Below the pieces are notes generated by a model. The model was not told the origin of the DNA. It worked only from the letters and a program-made list of their open reading frames with translations, and made no database searches. Shown in pieces: positions 35,924-48,711 of a DNA stretch of 64,000 bases. A program made the position numbers and the translations under genes. Within the stretch, counting starts at the first letter, position 1. Each line of letters opens with the position of its first letter. The stretch comes from Mobula birostris (taxonomy: Eukaryota), in the NCBI RefSeq assembly GCF_030028105.1, contig NC_092373.1:174445556-174509555 (forward strand), read 5' to 3'.

Positions 35924-38900
35924 TGTGGTGGCCTGCACACGCGGGACTCGAACCGGCATCGGGAGCCACGGGCAGACACGCGGTAGCGCGTTTGGAACTA
36001 CCCGCTCAGGGCGGACCTTCTGGGGACAGTCTGACATCATGTCCGACCATGTCCACCATCAATAATGGTGTTTCTATTACCAAAGATGGGGCTCAGGCAT
36101 GTGCCGCTGCCGCCCACCATGTGCTTTTCTGGGAAACGCTGGGGCCAGCCGTCGCTAATGGTTATGATGGCTGGCCACTGAGACAGCCTCCTGTACCTCT
36201 GGAACCGACACTCCAGGCAGTGCTTCCTGGTAGACACTGGGGCCGAAGTCAGCGTACTACCCCCCTCGAACATGGACACTCGTAATGCGGTTCCAGGCCC
36301 CGAACTCACCGCTGCAAATGGCACCAGTATTCAGACGTACGGCCCGTGAACTATCTCACTGCATTTCAGGTCCAGCCGTTTCACTTGGACTTTCCCGTTG
36401 GCAGTGGTGTCACAGCCACTACTAGGGGCAGATTTCCTACGAGCCAACTGCCTCCTGGTCGACCTAAAAAGCCGGCGTTTGGCCAACACTGAGATGTTCC
36501 AGACTTTACAGCTCAAGAAGCCAAGCTGCTGGCCCTCCACCTGGATTCCATGACCCCCTCAGGTAATGAATTCACCAGGGTGTTAGTGGAATTCCCCTCC
36601 ATAGTCACCCTGCAGTTCTCCATGGCCAACCCCAAGCACGGCGTGCAGCACCACATCCCCACGCAAGGACTGCTGCTACACGCCCGAGCTCACAGGCTCC
36701 CACCCGACAAGCTCCACCTCGCCAAGGAGGAGTTCCGTAAGATGGAAGAGATGGGAATCGTACGCCGCTCAGACAGCCCGTGGGTATCCCCGCTGCACAT
36801 GGTGCCCAAGTCCTCAGGAGGATGGAGGCCCTGCAGAGACAACAGAAGGCTCAATGATGCCACAACCGCCGACAGATTCCCGGTACCCCACATCCAGGAC
36901 TTCATGGCAAACCTGCATGGAGCGACCATCTTCTCGAAAATCGACCTTGTCAGGGGATACCATCAGATCCCAGTGCACCCCGACGACGTGCCCAAGACAG
37001 CCCTCATCACCCCGTTTGGTTTGTTCGAATTCCTGAGGATGCCTTTCGTTCTCAAGAATGCAGCCCAAACTTTCCAAAGGCTCATGGACTCGGTGGGACG
37101 CGGTTTGGATTTCGTTTTCATTTACTTGGACGATATCCTGGTGGCCAGCAGTTCGCACCAAGAGCACGTGGCACATTTGCGCCAGCTCTGCCAATGCCTG
37201 AGCGACCATGGACTGGCAATCAATCTGGCGAAGTGCCAGTTTGGGCTGACGGAGATCGACTCCTTGGGCCACAGAGTCAACCGACATGGCGCAGTTCCCC
37301 TACCGGACAAGGTCCAGGCCATCCGCCAGTTCCCCAAGCCCAGCACGGTCAAGGGCCTGCAGGAGTTCCTAGGGATGGTCAACTTTTATAATCGGTTCGT
37401 GCCTGTGGCGGCACGCATCATGAGACCCTTGTTCAGCCTGATGGCCGGCGAGGCCAAAGAAGTGGCATGGGGCGCAGAGTCCACGGAGGCGTTCGAGCAG
37501 GCCAAGGAGGCGCTGGCAAAGGCAGCCCTCCTAGTGGAGGGACACGGAGTCCACGGAGGCGTTCGAGCAGGCCAAGGAGGTGCTGACAAAGGCGCCCTCC
37601 TAGTGCACCTGAGAGTCGACGTATCCACGGCACTCACAGTCGACACTTCCGACACGGCAGACGGCGGAGTCCTGGAGCAGCTTGTCGAGGACCAGTGGCG
37701 ACCACTCGCTTTCTTCAGCCGGCACCTACGGCCACCGGAGGTGAAGTACAGTGCTTTTGACAGAGAGTTGCTAGCACTCTACCTGGCTGTCCGGCATTTC
37801 CGGTACTTCCTCAGGGGAAGGGAGTTCACCGTGTATACGGACCACAAGCCCCTCACCTTCGCACTGGCCAAGGTATCGGACCCATGGTCGGCTCGGCAGC
37901 AGAGGCACCTGTCCTTTATTTCAGAATTCACCACGGACGTCCGCCACATCGCAGGGAAGAACAACGTCGTCGCCGACACACTGTCTCGCCCCTGCCTCCA
38001 CTCAGTAGGCATATCGTCCTCAGGAATAGACTACGCAGCACTGGCGGAAGCACAACGGTCAGACACCGAGATCCCGGCTTACCGCACCACCGTTTTAGGG
38101 CTCCATTCGGAGGACGTCCATCAGCCTGACAGCGGATCGACTCCTGTGCGACGTGTCTACCAGCAAACCCCGACCCATGGTACCAGCAGCACGGAGGCGC
38201 CAGGTGTTCGACATGCTGCACGACCTGGCCCACCCGTCCATCCATCAACCTGGTAGCAGACAGATTCGTCCGGCACGGTTTGCAAAAACAGGTCGGACAC
38301 TGGGCCAGGACCTGCGTACACTGCCAGACCGCCAAAGTCAGCGGCACGTGAAGGCTCCCCTCCAGCAGTTCCAGCTGACGCACAGGAGGTTCCAACACAT
38401 CCACGTGGACATCGTCGGACCCCTGCCAGTCTCCTGGGGCGCCAGGTATACCTTTACCATTGTAGGCAGGTTCACCAGATGGCCGGAAGCCGTACTGCTC
38501 GCAGACATGTCCACTGAGTCCTGTGCCAGGATGCTCATTGCAAACTGGATCGCCAGGTTCGGCCTCCCAATGGACATCACCTACTACAGAGGGGTGCAGT
38601 TCATGTCGGGTTTGTGCACAGCACTGGCACAGCTCCTGGGCACCCAGCTGCATCACACCACAGCGTACCATCCCCAGTCCAACGGTTTGGTAGAGGGATT
38701 CCACCGGCATCTCAAGTCGGCCCTGATGGCACGTCTCAGGGGCCCCAACTGGGCAGATGAGCTTCCCTGGGTCCTACTGGGCATCCACACAGCCCCCAAG
38801 GAGGACCTGGACACCTCAGCAGAATTGGTCTACGGTGCCCCCCTGACGGTCCCAGGCGAGTTCGTACCAGAGGCCCGAGGTTCGGAAGAAACTCCAGCAG

Positions 38901-39507
38901 TGGTGCTAACGAGACTGCGGGACAAGGTAGGGACCCTGGCACCGGTCCCGACCTCCAGGCATGGTCCCACGCCATCCTTCACCCCTAAAGACCTCCCAGA
39001 CTGTGAGTATGTTTTCACTCGCAGGAGCATGCCCAGGTCACCTCTACAGCAGCCGTACGAGGGACCCTTCGAGGTGATCCGGTGTTGTGGAGGTGGGTGG
39101 CTGGGAAGAGACTTTTACAGTGGACCACCTCAAACTGGCGCACTGGGACACTGAGCAACCAGTGAGGGTACCCGCACCGCGCCGGCCAGGCCGGCCACCC
39201 AGGGAAGCCACACAGACTGGGGGCTCCACTTCCCCCATGGATGTTTCTTGGGGGGGGGTGTCGGCCCGCACACGCGGGACTGGAACCACCATCGGGAGCC
39301 ACAGGCAGACACGCGGTAGCACGTTTGGAACTGCCTGCTCAGGGCAGACCTTCCGGGGACAGTCTGACGTCACGTCCGCCCCGCGGATCGCAGGGGTCCG
39401 TGGGAGGGGAGATTTAAGCGCGCTATTTTGAATCAGTAAAGGCATTCTGAGTTCAGCTCTCTCTGTCTCCGTGTGTTTCTTTAGTAGTGCGTTTGCGCGT
39501 GACTACA
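35924..39507 (+). mobile_element. Gypsy LTR retrotransposon, CsRn1-like clade, internally deleted
   Basis: Partial 5' LTR 35924 to about 36040 matches the 3' LTR 39259-39507 (ends GACTACA). TSD GTAG at 35920-35923 and 39508-39511; G-run PPT. CHCC-like WCFYYQRWG..C.C.PPC, protease LVDTGAEVS, RT YLDD, RNase H, integrase HIHVDIVGPLP...HPQSNGLVE. Confidence 0.92.
36550..39154 (+). pseudogene. pol (RT-RNase H-integrase), frameshifted
   Basis: ORFs 36550-38256 and 38153-39154 carry FSKIDLVRGYHQIP, FIYLDDILVAS, YSAFDRELLA, YTDHKPL, FTRWPEA and PYEGPFEV. Confidence 0.9.
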
Positions 39508-40319
39508 GTAGCCTCAGTTTTGGAGAGTGGGCATCTAGCAGGAGAAAGGTGAGAGGTGGCCAGCTTATGGTGCTGGGAAGACATCAGAGGTGGGGGCAAA
39601 ATTTGGGAACTGAGAAAAAGAGGGAAGGGGCCAAGAAGCAGCTTAGTGAACAGGGAAGAAGGGAGACCAAGACAGTTGGGGAACAGGGAGACAGTTAGGG
39701 GCAGCAAAATGGACATAGGGGTCTGAAGAAAAGGGCCCGGGTAAGGTTGTATAATGTGCACGTGGGTATCTATCTTACATCCATGTAACAGAGCCTGGTC
39801 TTTGTTACCTTGAACCTCCTTGCTATCGGACTAAGATCCTCACTCTGTGGCCAATGGTCTGCAACGGGTCACACCACGTAAAGAGAATTCATGGATGAGC
39901 AGGTCACACCACGTAACACCAGAGTGTGACCATCAACGGGTCACACCACATAAAGAGAGTTCATGGATGAACACCTCCCACTCCCCAGAACTGGAGAAGT
40001 AGATCATCCTCAGTCCTGAAGAAGAAGCCAACTAGCCACCAGAAATGGTGTTGAATCTGTGTTGGGTTTTTTCTTCGGCCTGTGGGTACTAGTGGTTAAG
40101 TGGAAGATGCTTAAAGAGAGAGGCAAGAAATGGAATTTGACTCTGACAGAGGCATCCAAGTATGTTGTCAGGATCAGACCATTTATCTTACAGCATGATC
40201 ACACTGGGAGTAGAGGCTGTGAAATGTTTTCCTTATAAGGTGAGCAAGTCCCTGGTGTGGAAAGGCGTGCGTCAGAACCTTGCAATCCATTTAATTTCAC
40301 ACTTCGAGTTAGAGAGGAA

Positions 40320-41000
40320 AACAGTACAGTTACATGCCCTATAGCCCAGCAAGTCCATGCCAACCACTGTACCCAGCCAGCATTTGGCCTATATCCCTCT
40401 AAGCGCCTCCATGTACCTATCCTAGTACTTCTTAAATGATACTATTGAACTTGCCTCAACTGCTTCTTCTGACAACTTGTTCCATCACCCTCAGCCTGAA
40501 AATGCTTCCTCTCGGGTCTCTTTTAAATTTTTCCTCTCACACTATATCTTCTCACCTGGGGTGAAAACATTACCATCTACCATATCTATGCCACTAATGA
40601 TATTAAACATTTCTCTAAGCTCCCTCTTATTCTCCTATGCTGTAATGAATAACGACCTAGCCTGGCTCATCTTGTCCCATAACACAGGCCCTCTAGTCCT
40701 GGCAACATCCTCATAAATCTTCTCTGCACTCTTTCCGGTGTAACCACACCTTCCCAATAACAGGGTGACCAAAACTGTACGCAATACTCCAAAGCGGCCT
40801 CATCAATGATTTCTACAACCGTAACATAATGTTCCAACTCAATGCCCTGACTAAGTGCCTTTTTTCACCACCACATTTACCTGTGACACCAGTTTCCATG
40901 AACTCTGCACTTGTATTCCTAAGTCACTTTGTTCCATTACACACCCTTGTGTCCTACCATTTACAGTATAAATCCTACACTGTTTTGACTTTCCAAATGC
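40320..41000 (-). mobile_element. CR1 3' fragment (old)
   Basis: Antisense CR1 RT C-terminal remnants. Confidence 0.6.
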
Positions 41001-43164
41001 ATCACACAGTTACACACACACTCACACATCTCAATGTTCAATTAATAAACAACATCTGCTCTTTTATTTGTTTGTTTGTTTATTTATTGAGATGCAGCAT
41101 TGAATAAGCCCTTCCAGTCCTTTGAGGCACAGCCCCTGGATTTAATTCTAGCCTAATCACAGGACAATTAATAATGACCAATTAACCTACCAACCGGTAC
41201 GCCATTGGACTGTGGGAGGAAACCAGAGAACCAGTAGGAATCACGGGGAGAAACTCAAGTACAAACCCCTTAAGGCAGCAGGAAACACAGCAACGTTCAA
41301 AATAACTCTTTATTACAGTTAAAGCCTGAGAAAATATAGTCAGTGTACATTCATTTACAGATTAACGGTAGAAACTCTCTTCTTCTGACTATCAACTGAT
41401 GCCCTCTGACAGCCCTCCCAAAGTGTTTTGAAGTATTTTATGATACGAAGGATGCTCTGTAGTAATCCTGTCTTTCATTTGTCAGACAATCTATGCCTGC
41501 CTGATTATCCATCTGCCTTCTATCTATGTGTCCTCTGTCTTTTCTAGTATAGAAATCTGTTATATATTAAACCAATTACACCTGATTACACGTGCAATCG
41601 GACAGCATGGAAACAGACCCTTCAGCACACCACATCCATGCCACCCATCCTACCTATCTACACCTCTTTCCTCTTGTCTTAGACACCCACAGTATAGAAA
41701 AAAATTATGATACTCCATTAAATCACTTTAGTAATTTTGGCTGAAGCTTTATACCGGGGTATCCTTATAACTGAACTCCTATTGTGCTACACCATGGAAA
41801 CAAACCCATTAGCCCAACACATCCAAGCCAATCATATTCTCCATCATCTCAAGTATATACATGAAAAGTTACCTCAAGAGGGCAACATCTGTCATCAAAG
41901 ATCCCCATCATCCAGGCCATGTCATCTTTTACCATTGAGCAGGAGGTACAGAAACTTGAAGTCCCACACTAACAAGTTCAAAAACAATTACTTCCCTTCA
42001 ACCATTCAGTGTTTGAACCAACTGGCTAAACATTAATCACTACAGTTCAGCAGCACTTTGACCACTTTTAATTACTTTGCACTAAAATGGATTTCATTTA
42101 TTTCGTTCTGTGTTTTCTCTTGTGAAAATTGTGTATAATTTTGAATTTCTAATTTTCTCGTGCATGTTGCTTATATGATGCTATGTGATTAAGTGCTAGT
42201 GATGCAGCTGCAAGTAAGTTTTTCATTACACTTGTGCATACATGTATTTGTGCATATGACAATAAACTCCAATTTCACTTGGAGAAAAAAAACACAGGAT
42301 CTAGTCCATGGTAGGGCAAGGGGTCTTCTATTGTTGACGAAGGGGCAGGAATCAGGGATGTAGAAAAAGCTGGAATTAAAGGAGCTTAGAAACCTTGGAG
42401 TGCTGTATGGATGAAGGAGGTTCCAGAGACTGGGAATTCAAAAAACAATGGAATTTAAAAAATGAAGCTGTTGCTGAAATTTCCGAATTTGAAAACAGAA
42501 TTCATATGAGGAGAAGAGGAGGACAGAACATAATGTGGAGAACTGGACAAAGGGTCAGTGAATTAAACACAAAAACTAAACTAAAATATTGCAGAAGCTG
42601 GAAATCAAAAATAATTGTAATGGGAAATCTGCCCAGTTTCCTATTTCAATTATTGACAGTACCTGTGGATGGCAGCAAAGGCTCTTTATCAACAAATGAT
42701 GTTAGAGGAAATCAATTGGTCAGGCAGGATCTGTGAAAAGAAAAGTACAATTGAATCCAGATGAAGTGTGTCTACAAAAAAAAAGTTGACTGTGTATTTT
42801 CCTTCATAGGTGCAACATGAATCACTGAGTTCTTCCAGCAGATTGGTCCATATCCCAGCATCTACGGTCTTGTGTCTCCACTGGGCTCTTTGAGCATACA
42901 CAAAGTGTTGTTGCAGGAAAGCAGCATTCATTACCAGGGTCCCCCACCACCCAGGACATGCTCTTTTTTTGTTGCTGCCATCAAGAAGAAGGTGCAGGAG
43001 CCTCAGCACTCACTCTACCAGGTTCAGGAATAGTTATTACCCCTCAACCGTCAGGCTGTTGACCAAAGAGGATAACTTCAGTCAACTTCACTTGTCCCAT
43101 TATTGAAATGATCTCACAACCTATGGACTCACTTTCAAAGATTCTTCATCTCATGTTCTTGATA

Positions 43165-43702
43165 CTTTTGGGCCCCTTATCTGAGAAAAAATGTTCTGGC
43201 ATTGGGGAGGGTTCAGAGGAGGTTCATGAGAATGATTCTGGGAGTGAAAGGGTTATCGCATGAGGAACATTTGGTGGCTCTCGGCCTGTACTCACTGGAG
43301 ATTAGAAGAATGAGGGGATCTAATTGAAACCTACCAAATATTGAAAGGTCTCGATAGGGTGGATGTGGAGAGGATGACTCCTATTGTGGAAGAGTCTAGG
43401 ACCAGAGGACACAGCTTCAGAATAGAGGGACGTCCATTTAGAACAGAGATGAAGAGGAATTTTTTAAGCCAGAGGGTAGTGATCTGTGGAATTTATTGCT
43501 ACAGATGGTTGTGGAGGCCATGTCTTTGAGTATATTTAAAGCAGAGGTTTGATGAGTTCATGATTAGTCAGGGTGTCAAAGGTTACTGGGGAAGGCAGGG
43601 GAATGGGTTTGAGAGGGATAATAAATCAGCCATAATGGAATGGCGGAGCAGACCCAATGGGCCGAATGGCCCAAATCTGCTCCTATTTCTTACAGTCTTA
43701 TG
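43165..43702 (+). mobile_element. CR1 3' fragment
   Basis: KGLDRVDVERM...SRTRGHSFRIEGRPFRTEMKRNFLSQRVV. Confidence 0.8.
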
Positions 43703-44739
43703 GATTTGTCAGGGAAAGCCTTACATTAATGCCCCCTGGTTTTGATCATCACCACAAATGTAATCAAGACTCCTCTCCCTCTTTGTTCATCATCAACACT
43801 CTACTGACGTTTAGGCTGTTCAACCTGTGAATTCTTCCTGAAGAATCAGCCTATCTCTGGCTACGCTCTCTCCATTACCTCAATTTAAACCTTTTTTAAA
43901 AAAGTAACAGAATTTTCCCCATAAGGTTTAACTGGCTTCTGTACTTTTTAATGTTATCCTTGGAAGTAAAGTGATGTGCCCGGATTGTTTCTTTTGAGTC
44001 CTTATTAAACTTTATTACATCTTTTATTGATCATTTATTTGATCACTCTATCCTTCACTTGTTCACTGATTCCACTGCATACTTCCCTCTCTTCTTTCTC
44101 TGTAAACTTCTACTTTTCCAATACTCCAATTTCTCTGCTCTCCTCCAATTCCAGCCTCCTGTTCATCCTAGATTTCAACCTTTCAACCATCAAAAGCTGT
44201 ACCTCCGATTTCTGAGCTCTACTCAATAAACTCCTCTATCTCAACACCAAAGGGGCTACCACTGCAGCAAACCCATTATTCTCATTCACCTCTCATTTCC
44301 CTCTACTCTTATTCTCTCTCCCCTTTGATTCCTTTTACCACTTACATACTCTAATGGGTAGGTTACATTAGCTAACCCTCCAGAGTATTGTAACCCTCCA
44401 GAGCTAACTGATCTCAGGTTATTCTTTTGTTTTTAGTCCCAGGGTTGAAAATTGGCGAAGCTAATTTAATGTTCAACCCAGTAGATGGCACTGTGTCCTT
44501 ATACTATGGTAGATAGTGAGCAGAGAGATAAATCCAAGCTGCAGGCATATTATAAGAGTTTTCAGATTCAGTTACAGAAAGGGGTCTGTTGTATTGAACC
44601 TTCAACTTCACAGAGGCACCATCAAACAATGTTAGATACCAAGACCTAATAAGAGATACTGGGCAGGTGACTGAGAGATTGATCAAAGAGTTAGTTTAAA
44701 ATGAGGAAAGAGACAGGTATGTGCGGTGGCACAGGAAGG

Positions 44740-44935
44740 CTGGCACAATGGTGTGGCAAGTGGTACTGCTGCCTCATAGCTCCTGTGATCCAGGTTCGAT
44801 CCTGACACCGGGTGCTATCTCTGTGGAGTCTGCATGTTCTCTCTTTGACTGCCTGGGTTTACCCCAGGTGCTACAGTTTCCTCCCACATTCCTAAGATGT
44901 ACCAGTGAATCAACTGGCTGCAGTAAATTCATCCC
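44740..44935 (+). mobile_element. tRNA-derived SINE (HE1/V-SINE-like)
   Basis: B box GGTTCGATCC followed by gctatctctgtggagtctgcatgttctc. Related antisense copies near 41140-41270 and 54330-54570. Confidence 0.7.
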
Positions 44936-45069
44936 TCAGACAGGACAGCAGAAATATATCATTTGGGCAGAAACACATTGCTGTGAGTGGAAACCTGCAA
45001 AGTCATTTTGATATTTTTTACATTTTAATGAAATCCCTCAAATAAAAAAGTCTTCACAAGCTCTAAATT

Positions 45070-48000
45070 CACGTTATAATTTCCAGTACACAAGTGCAAA
45101 GGCAAACAAAATAATTGTTACTCCAGATCTAATGCAGCGCAAACACAATAAGATAAAGAACTCAATAATAAAAACACAATAAATATAAATACATAAGAAG
45201 GCTTATATAAATAGATTGATTGTATGTCTATAAGGTGACACTAGGCACAGGAGTGTTTCTACATAAGATGACTGACAGGAAATAATAAAATAGTGTTGGT
45301 GGATGGTGTGGAGGGATGAGTTAGTGCAGGGGTCCCCAACCTTTTTTGCACCACGGACCGGTTTAATATTGACGATATTCTTGCGGATCAGCCGACCAGG
45401 GTGGGGTGGGGGGTGTTCAAGTAGGGGTAAACTCACCTCAACATGTCTTTTACAGTTAGGGTTGCCAACTTTCTCACTCCCAAATAAGGGACAAAAGTAG
45501 CAGTCAAATCCCGGGACACTTTACCCCAGGAAAGGCTACCATGACCATGAAGCCTTGCGCGGGCACCTGTGTGTGCACGCGTGATGTGCACATGCGCGTA
45601 CGTGCTGATTTTTTCCCCACAAATTGGTTTTGCCTTCATCTTCCCAACTATACTGTACATACATTATTTCTACTTTATATAGGTTGTGTATTTATCATGT
45701 CATTCCTGCTCTTACTATATGTAGTGTTATTTTAGGTTTTATGTGTTATTTGGTATGATTTGTTAGGTTATTTTTTGGGTCTGGGAACGCTCAAAAATTT
45801 TTCCCATATAAATTAATGGTAATTGCTTCTTCGCTTCACGCCATTTCGGCACGAAAGGTTTCATAGGAATGCTCTACCTTGGCGGGGGAAATACGGGACA
45901 AGGGCGGTCCCGTATGGGACAATCCAATTTAGCCCAATGTACGGGATGTCCTGGCAAATATGGGACAGTTGGCAACCCTATGTTCAAGTTCAACAGTGCG
46001 TGACAGGGAATGAGGAAAGGTGTAGCTGACTCATATCATTTCCTCGCGGCCCGGTGGTTGGAGACCGCTGAGTTAGTGGGTGGAGGTGTTGATAATCCTT
46101 ACTGCTTAGGGAAAGTACAATAACTGTTTTTGAGTCCAGTGGTCCTAGTGTGGATACTACATAGCCTCTTCCCTGATGGGAGTGGGACAAACAGTATGTG
46201 ATCAGGATGGGTGGGATCCTTCATGATGTTACTGCCCTTTTCTGGCACCTTTATGTACATATGTCCTTGATGGTGGTAGGCTGGTGCCACATTGGGGAAT
46301 TTTGACTACCCATTGTACAGCCTTCCTGTCTGCCGCAGTGCAATTTCCATACCATGCAGAGATGCAGCATGTTAGGATGCTCTCTACTGCACATCTGTAG
46401 AACGATGTGAGTATAGATGTGCATAGTCCAGTTCTCTTCAGCCTCCTCAGAAAGTAGAGGCATTGGTGAGCATTCCTGATTGTGTAGAGTATGTTCTGGG
46501 ACCGTGAGAGGTTGCGCAAGATGTGCACTCCCAGGAGTTTGAAACTGTTCACAGTTTCCACTGCTGTGCCACCGATGAAAAGAAGGTTGTGAGTGGGATG
46601 AGTTCTCCTGAAGTTGATAAGCATCTCCTGTGCCTTGTTGACATTGAGGAAGAGGTTATTTGCCTGGCACAAGGCTTCAAGCTCTTCCATTTCCTCTCTG
46701 TGGGCCGTCTCATTATTGTTGTCCCACCACTGCTGTGTAATTGGCGAACGTAACAATGTGATTACTTGGGTGTTTGGCCCTGCAGTTGAGTGTGAACAGA
46801 GTGTACAGCGATGGGCGCAGCGCGAGGCACTTGTATTGAGGATGATGGGAGGGGAGGGAGGAGCAGTTGTATATCCTGACTGTCTGAGGTCTGTTGGTTA
46901 GGAAATCCAACACCCAATTGCACGGTGGTGTATTTGGATTAAAGAGTAGAAGTTTGTTCACCAAGGTCTGTGGGACAATAGTGTTGAGCGCCGAACTGAA
47001 ATTCAGAAAATATATTTTGACATAAATGCCCTTGTTTTCTAGGTGTGTCAGGGCCAGGTGCATGGGATCGGTTATGGAGTGGTTCTGTTGGTAAGCGTAT
47101 TGGAGATTGTCCAATGTGGCAGGAACGGAGTTTTTGGCATGTGGCATTACCAGCTAGTCAAAACACTTCATAATGATTGACATCAGTGCCACTGGTTGGC
47201 AATCATTTAGTTCAGAAGGTATAGATTTCTTTGATACAAAGATGATGGTGGCTGATTAGAAGCCTGTGGGGCCAGAAGCCTTTATGAGTGGAGTGTTGAA
47301 GATGTCAGTGAGCTGGTGTGCACACTCCCTGAGTAATTGGCCTGGGATGTTGTCTGGCCTGGCTACCTTATAGAAGTTGATTTTCTGCACAGTCCTTCTC
47401 ACATCTAGTGCTGTTACAGAGAGTGGCTGCTCACCTGAGAGGGGGGTAGCATTCATGGCCGGCGTTGTGTTGTATTAGAGTGTCAAGAAAGGAAGCATCA
47501 CAGATATAATTGACACTGTTTTCCCTTGCATAGTCGGTAATGCCCTTGACACCCAGCAACATATGTCAGAGATTGTTATCAGACAGGTGTTCCTGATTTT
47601 TTTTTTGTGTGTAGGTGATCTTTGCCCTCTTGATGCCCAAGATGAGGCTCAGAGGGCTATTCTGTCTCTATACTTACAGGCAGCATCACAGGCTTTCAGT
47701 AGGGAGTGCACGTCTGCAATTAGTGAGGACTTCGGTTTGGGCCAGAAGATGACTGTGCTTGAGGAACCAATGTCATCTACGTGCTTAATGATGTAGCGGT
47801 GACAAGTAAGCCATCTTCTTTGAGGTGTGTGTCTTCTCCATTTGTGGTGGGCTCCTTGAACATCTGCCAGTTAGTCTACTCAAAACAGTCCCGAAGCATA
47901 GAGATTGCCTCATTAGGCCATACTGTGATGGTCCTCTTGACTGGTTTCTCCATTTTCAATAGCGGTCAGTATGCTAGGATTAACATTATGGAGATGTGGT

Positions 48001-48390
48001 CAAAGAGGCCAAGGTGACAGAGTTGGGATGGCTTTGTAAGTACTGCATCTGTTTGTTTTTTGTAGTCCAGTCTGTTTGTTCCCCTAGTGGTAATATCAAA
48101 ATGCTGTGTGATATCCTGAGGTGGTGGTAGAAATGCAACTCTGTCTTGGTTTTAATGTCCCCTGGTGACCTGAGTGTCTCCCTCCCTATGGATTAGCGTG
48201 CCTGATGTAGACATGGTTCTGAAGTCAAGCGCATCAATCATAGTGAGGAGAAAGCTGTCAACCCCGGAGACAGCTGCGAGAGCTGGTAAAACATTCAAAG
48301 ACAACTCTAAAGCAGAGCCTGGGCACATCACCACAGAACGACACCAGGGGGAGTGCTGGCTGTCAGTAACAGGGGACATCAGCTCTTGCC
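45070..48390 (-). mobile_element. Rex-Babar LINE, long degenerate copy
   Basis: LDNLQYAYQQN, FLNFSSALNTIVP, CNWVLDFLTNRPQTV, NNLFLNVNK, LYFLRRLK. Confidence 0.88.
45327..46070. mobile_element. Composite hAT MITE containing an inner element (45422-45980)
   Basis: Outer TIRs CAGGGGTCCCCAACC / GGTTGGAGACCGCTG with TSD AGTTAGTG (45319-45326, 46071-46078). Inner element flanked by TGTTCAAG (45414-45421, 45981-45988) with inverted repeat TAGGGTTGCCAACT / AGTTGGCAACCCTA. Confidence 0.85.
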
Positions 48391-48711
48391 AGGTCTGATG
48401 ACATTTCTCCTTCAATCCTGACATTCACAGTGGTGCGATTTCTCTCTCATTTCTTGTCCTACATTCCACCTTCAATTCCATCACCAAGAAAAGATTAATG
48501 GGCCAGTAACTTAATCTGATTTTCCCAGAAACTTGCTGGATGACATTCGCTGTACATCCAGTAATAAAATATGGGTAAGTAATCTGATAGACTAGCTGTT
48601 TGGTATGTTGAGATTTCATTGAACATACGATAGTACAGCACAGGAATAGGCCCTTAGGCCAACAATGTTGTGCCAAAGTAATTAAATTAATGAGGCTCAA
48701 GTATATTAATC

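Noticed and set aside
44770-44810. tRNA gene
   Set aside because: B box only, no cloverleaf, followed by SINE body sequence.
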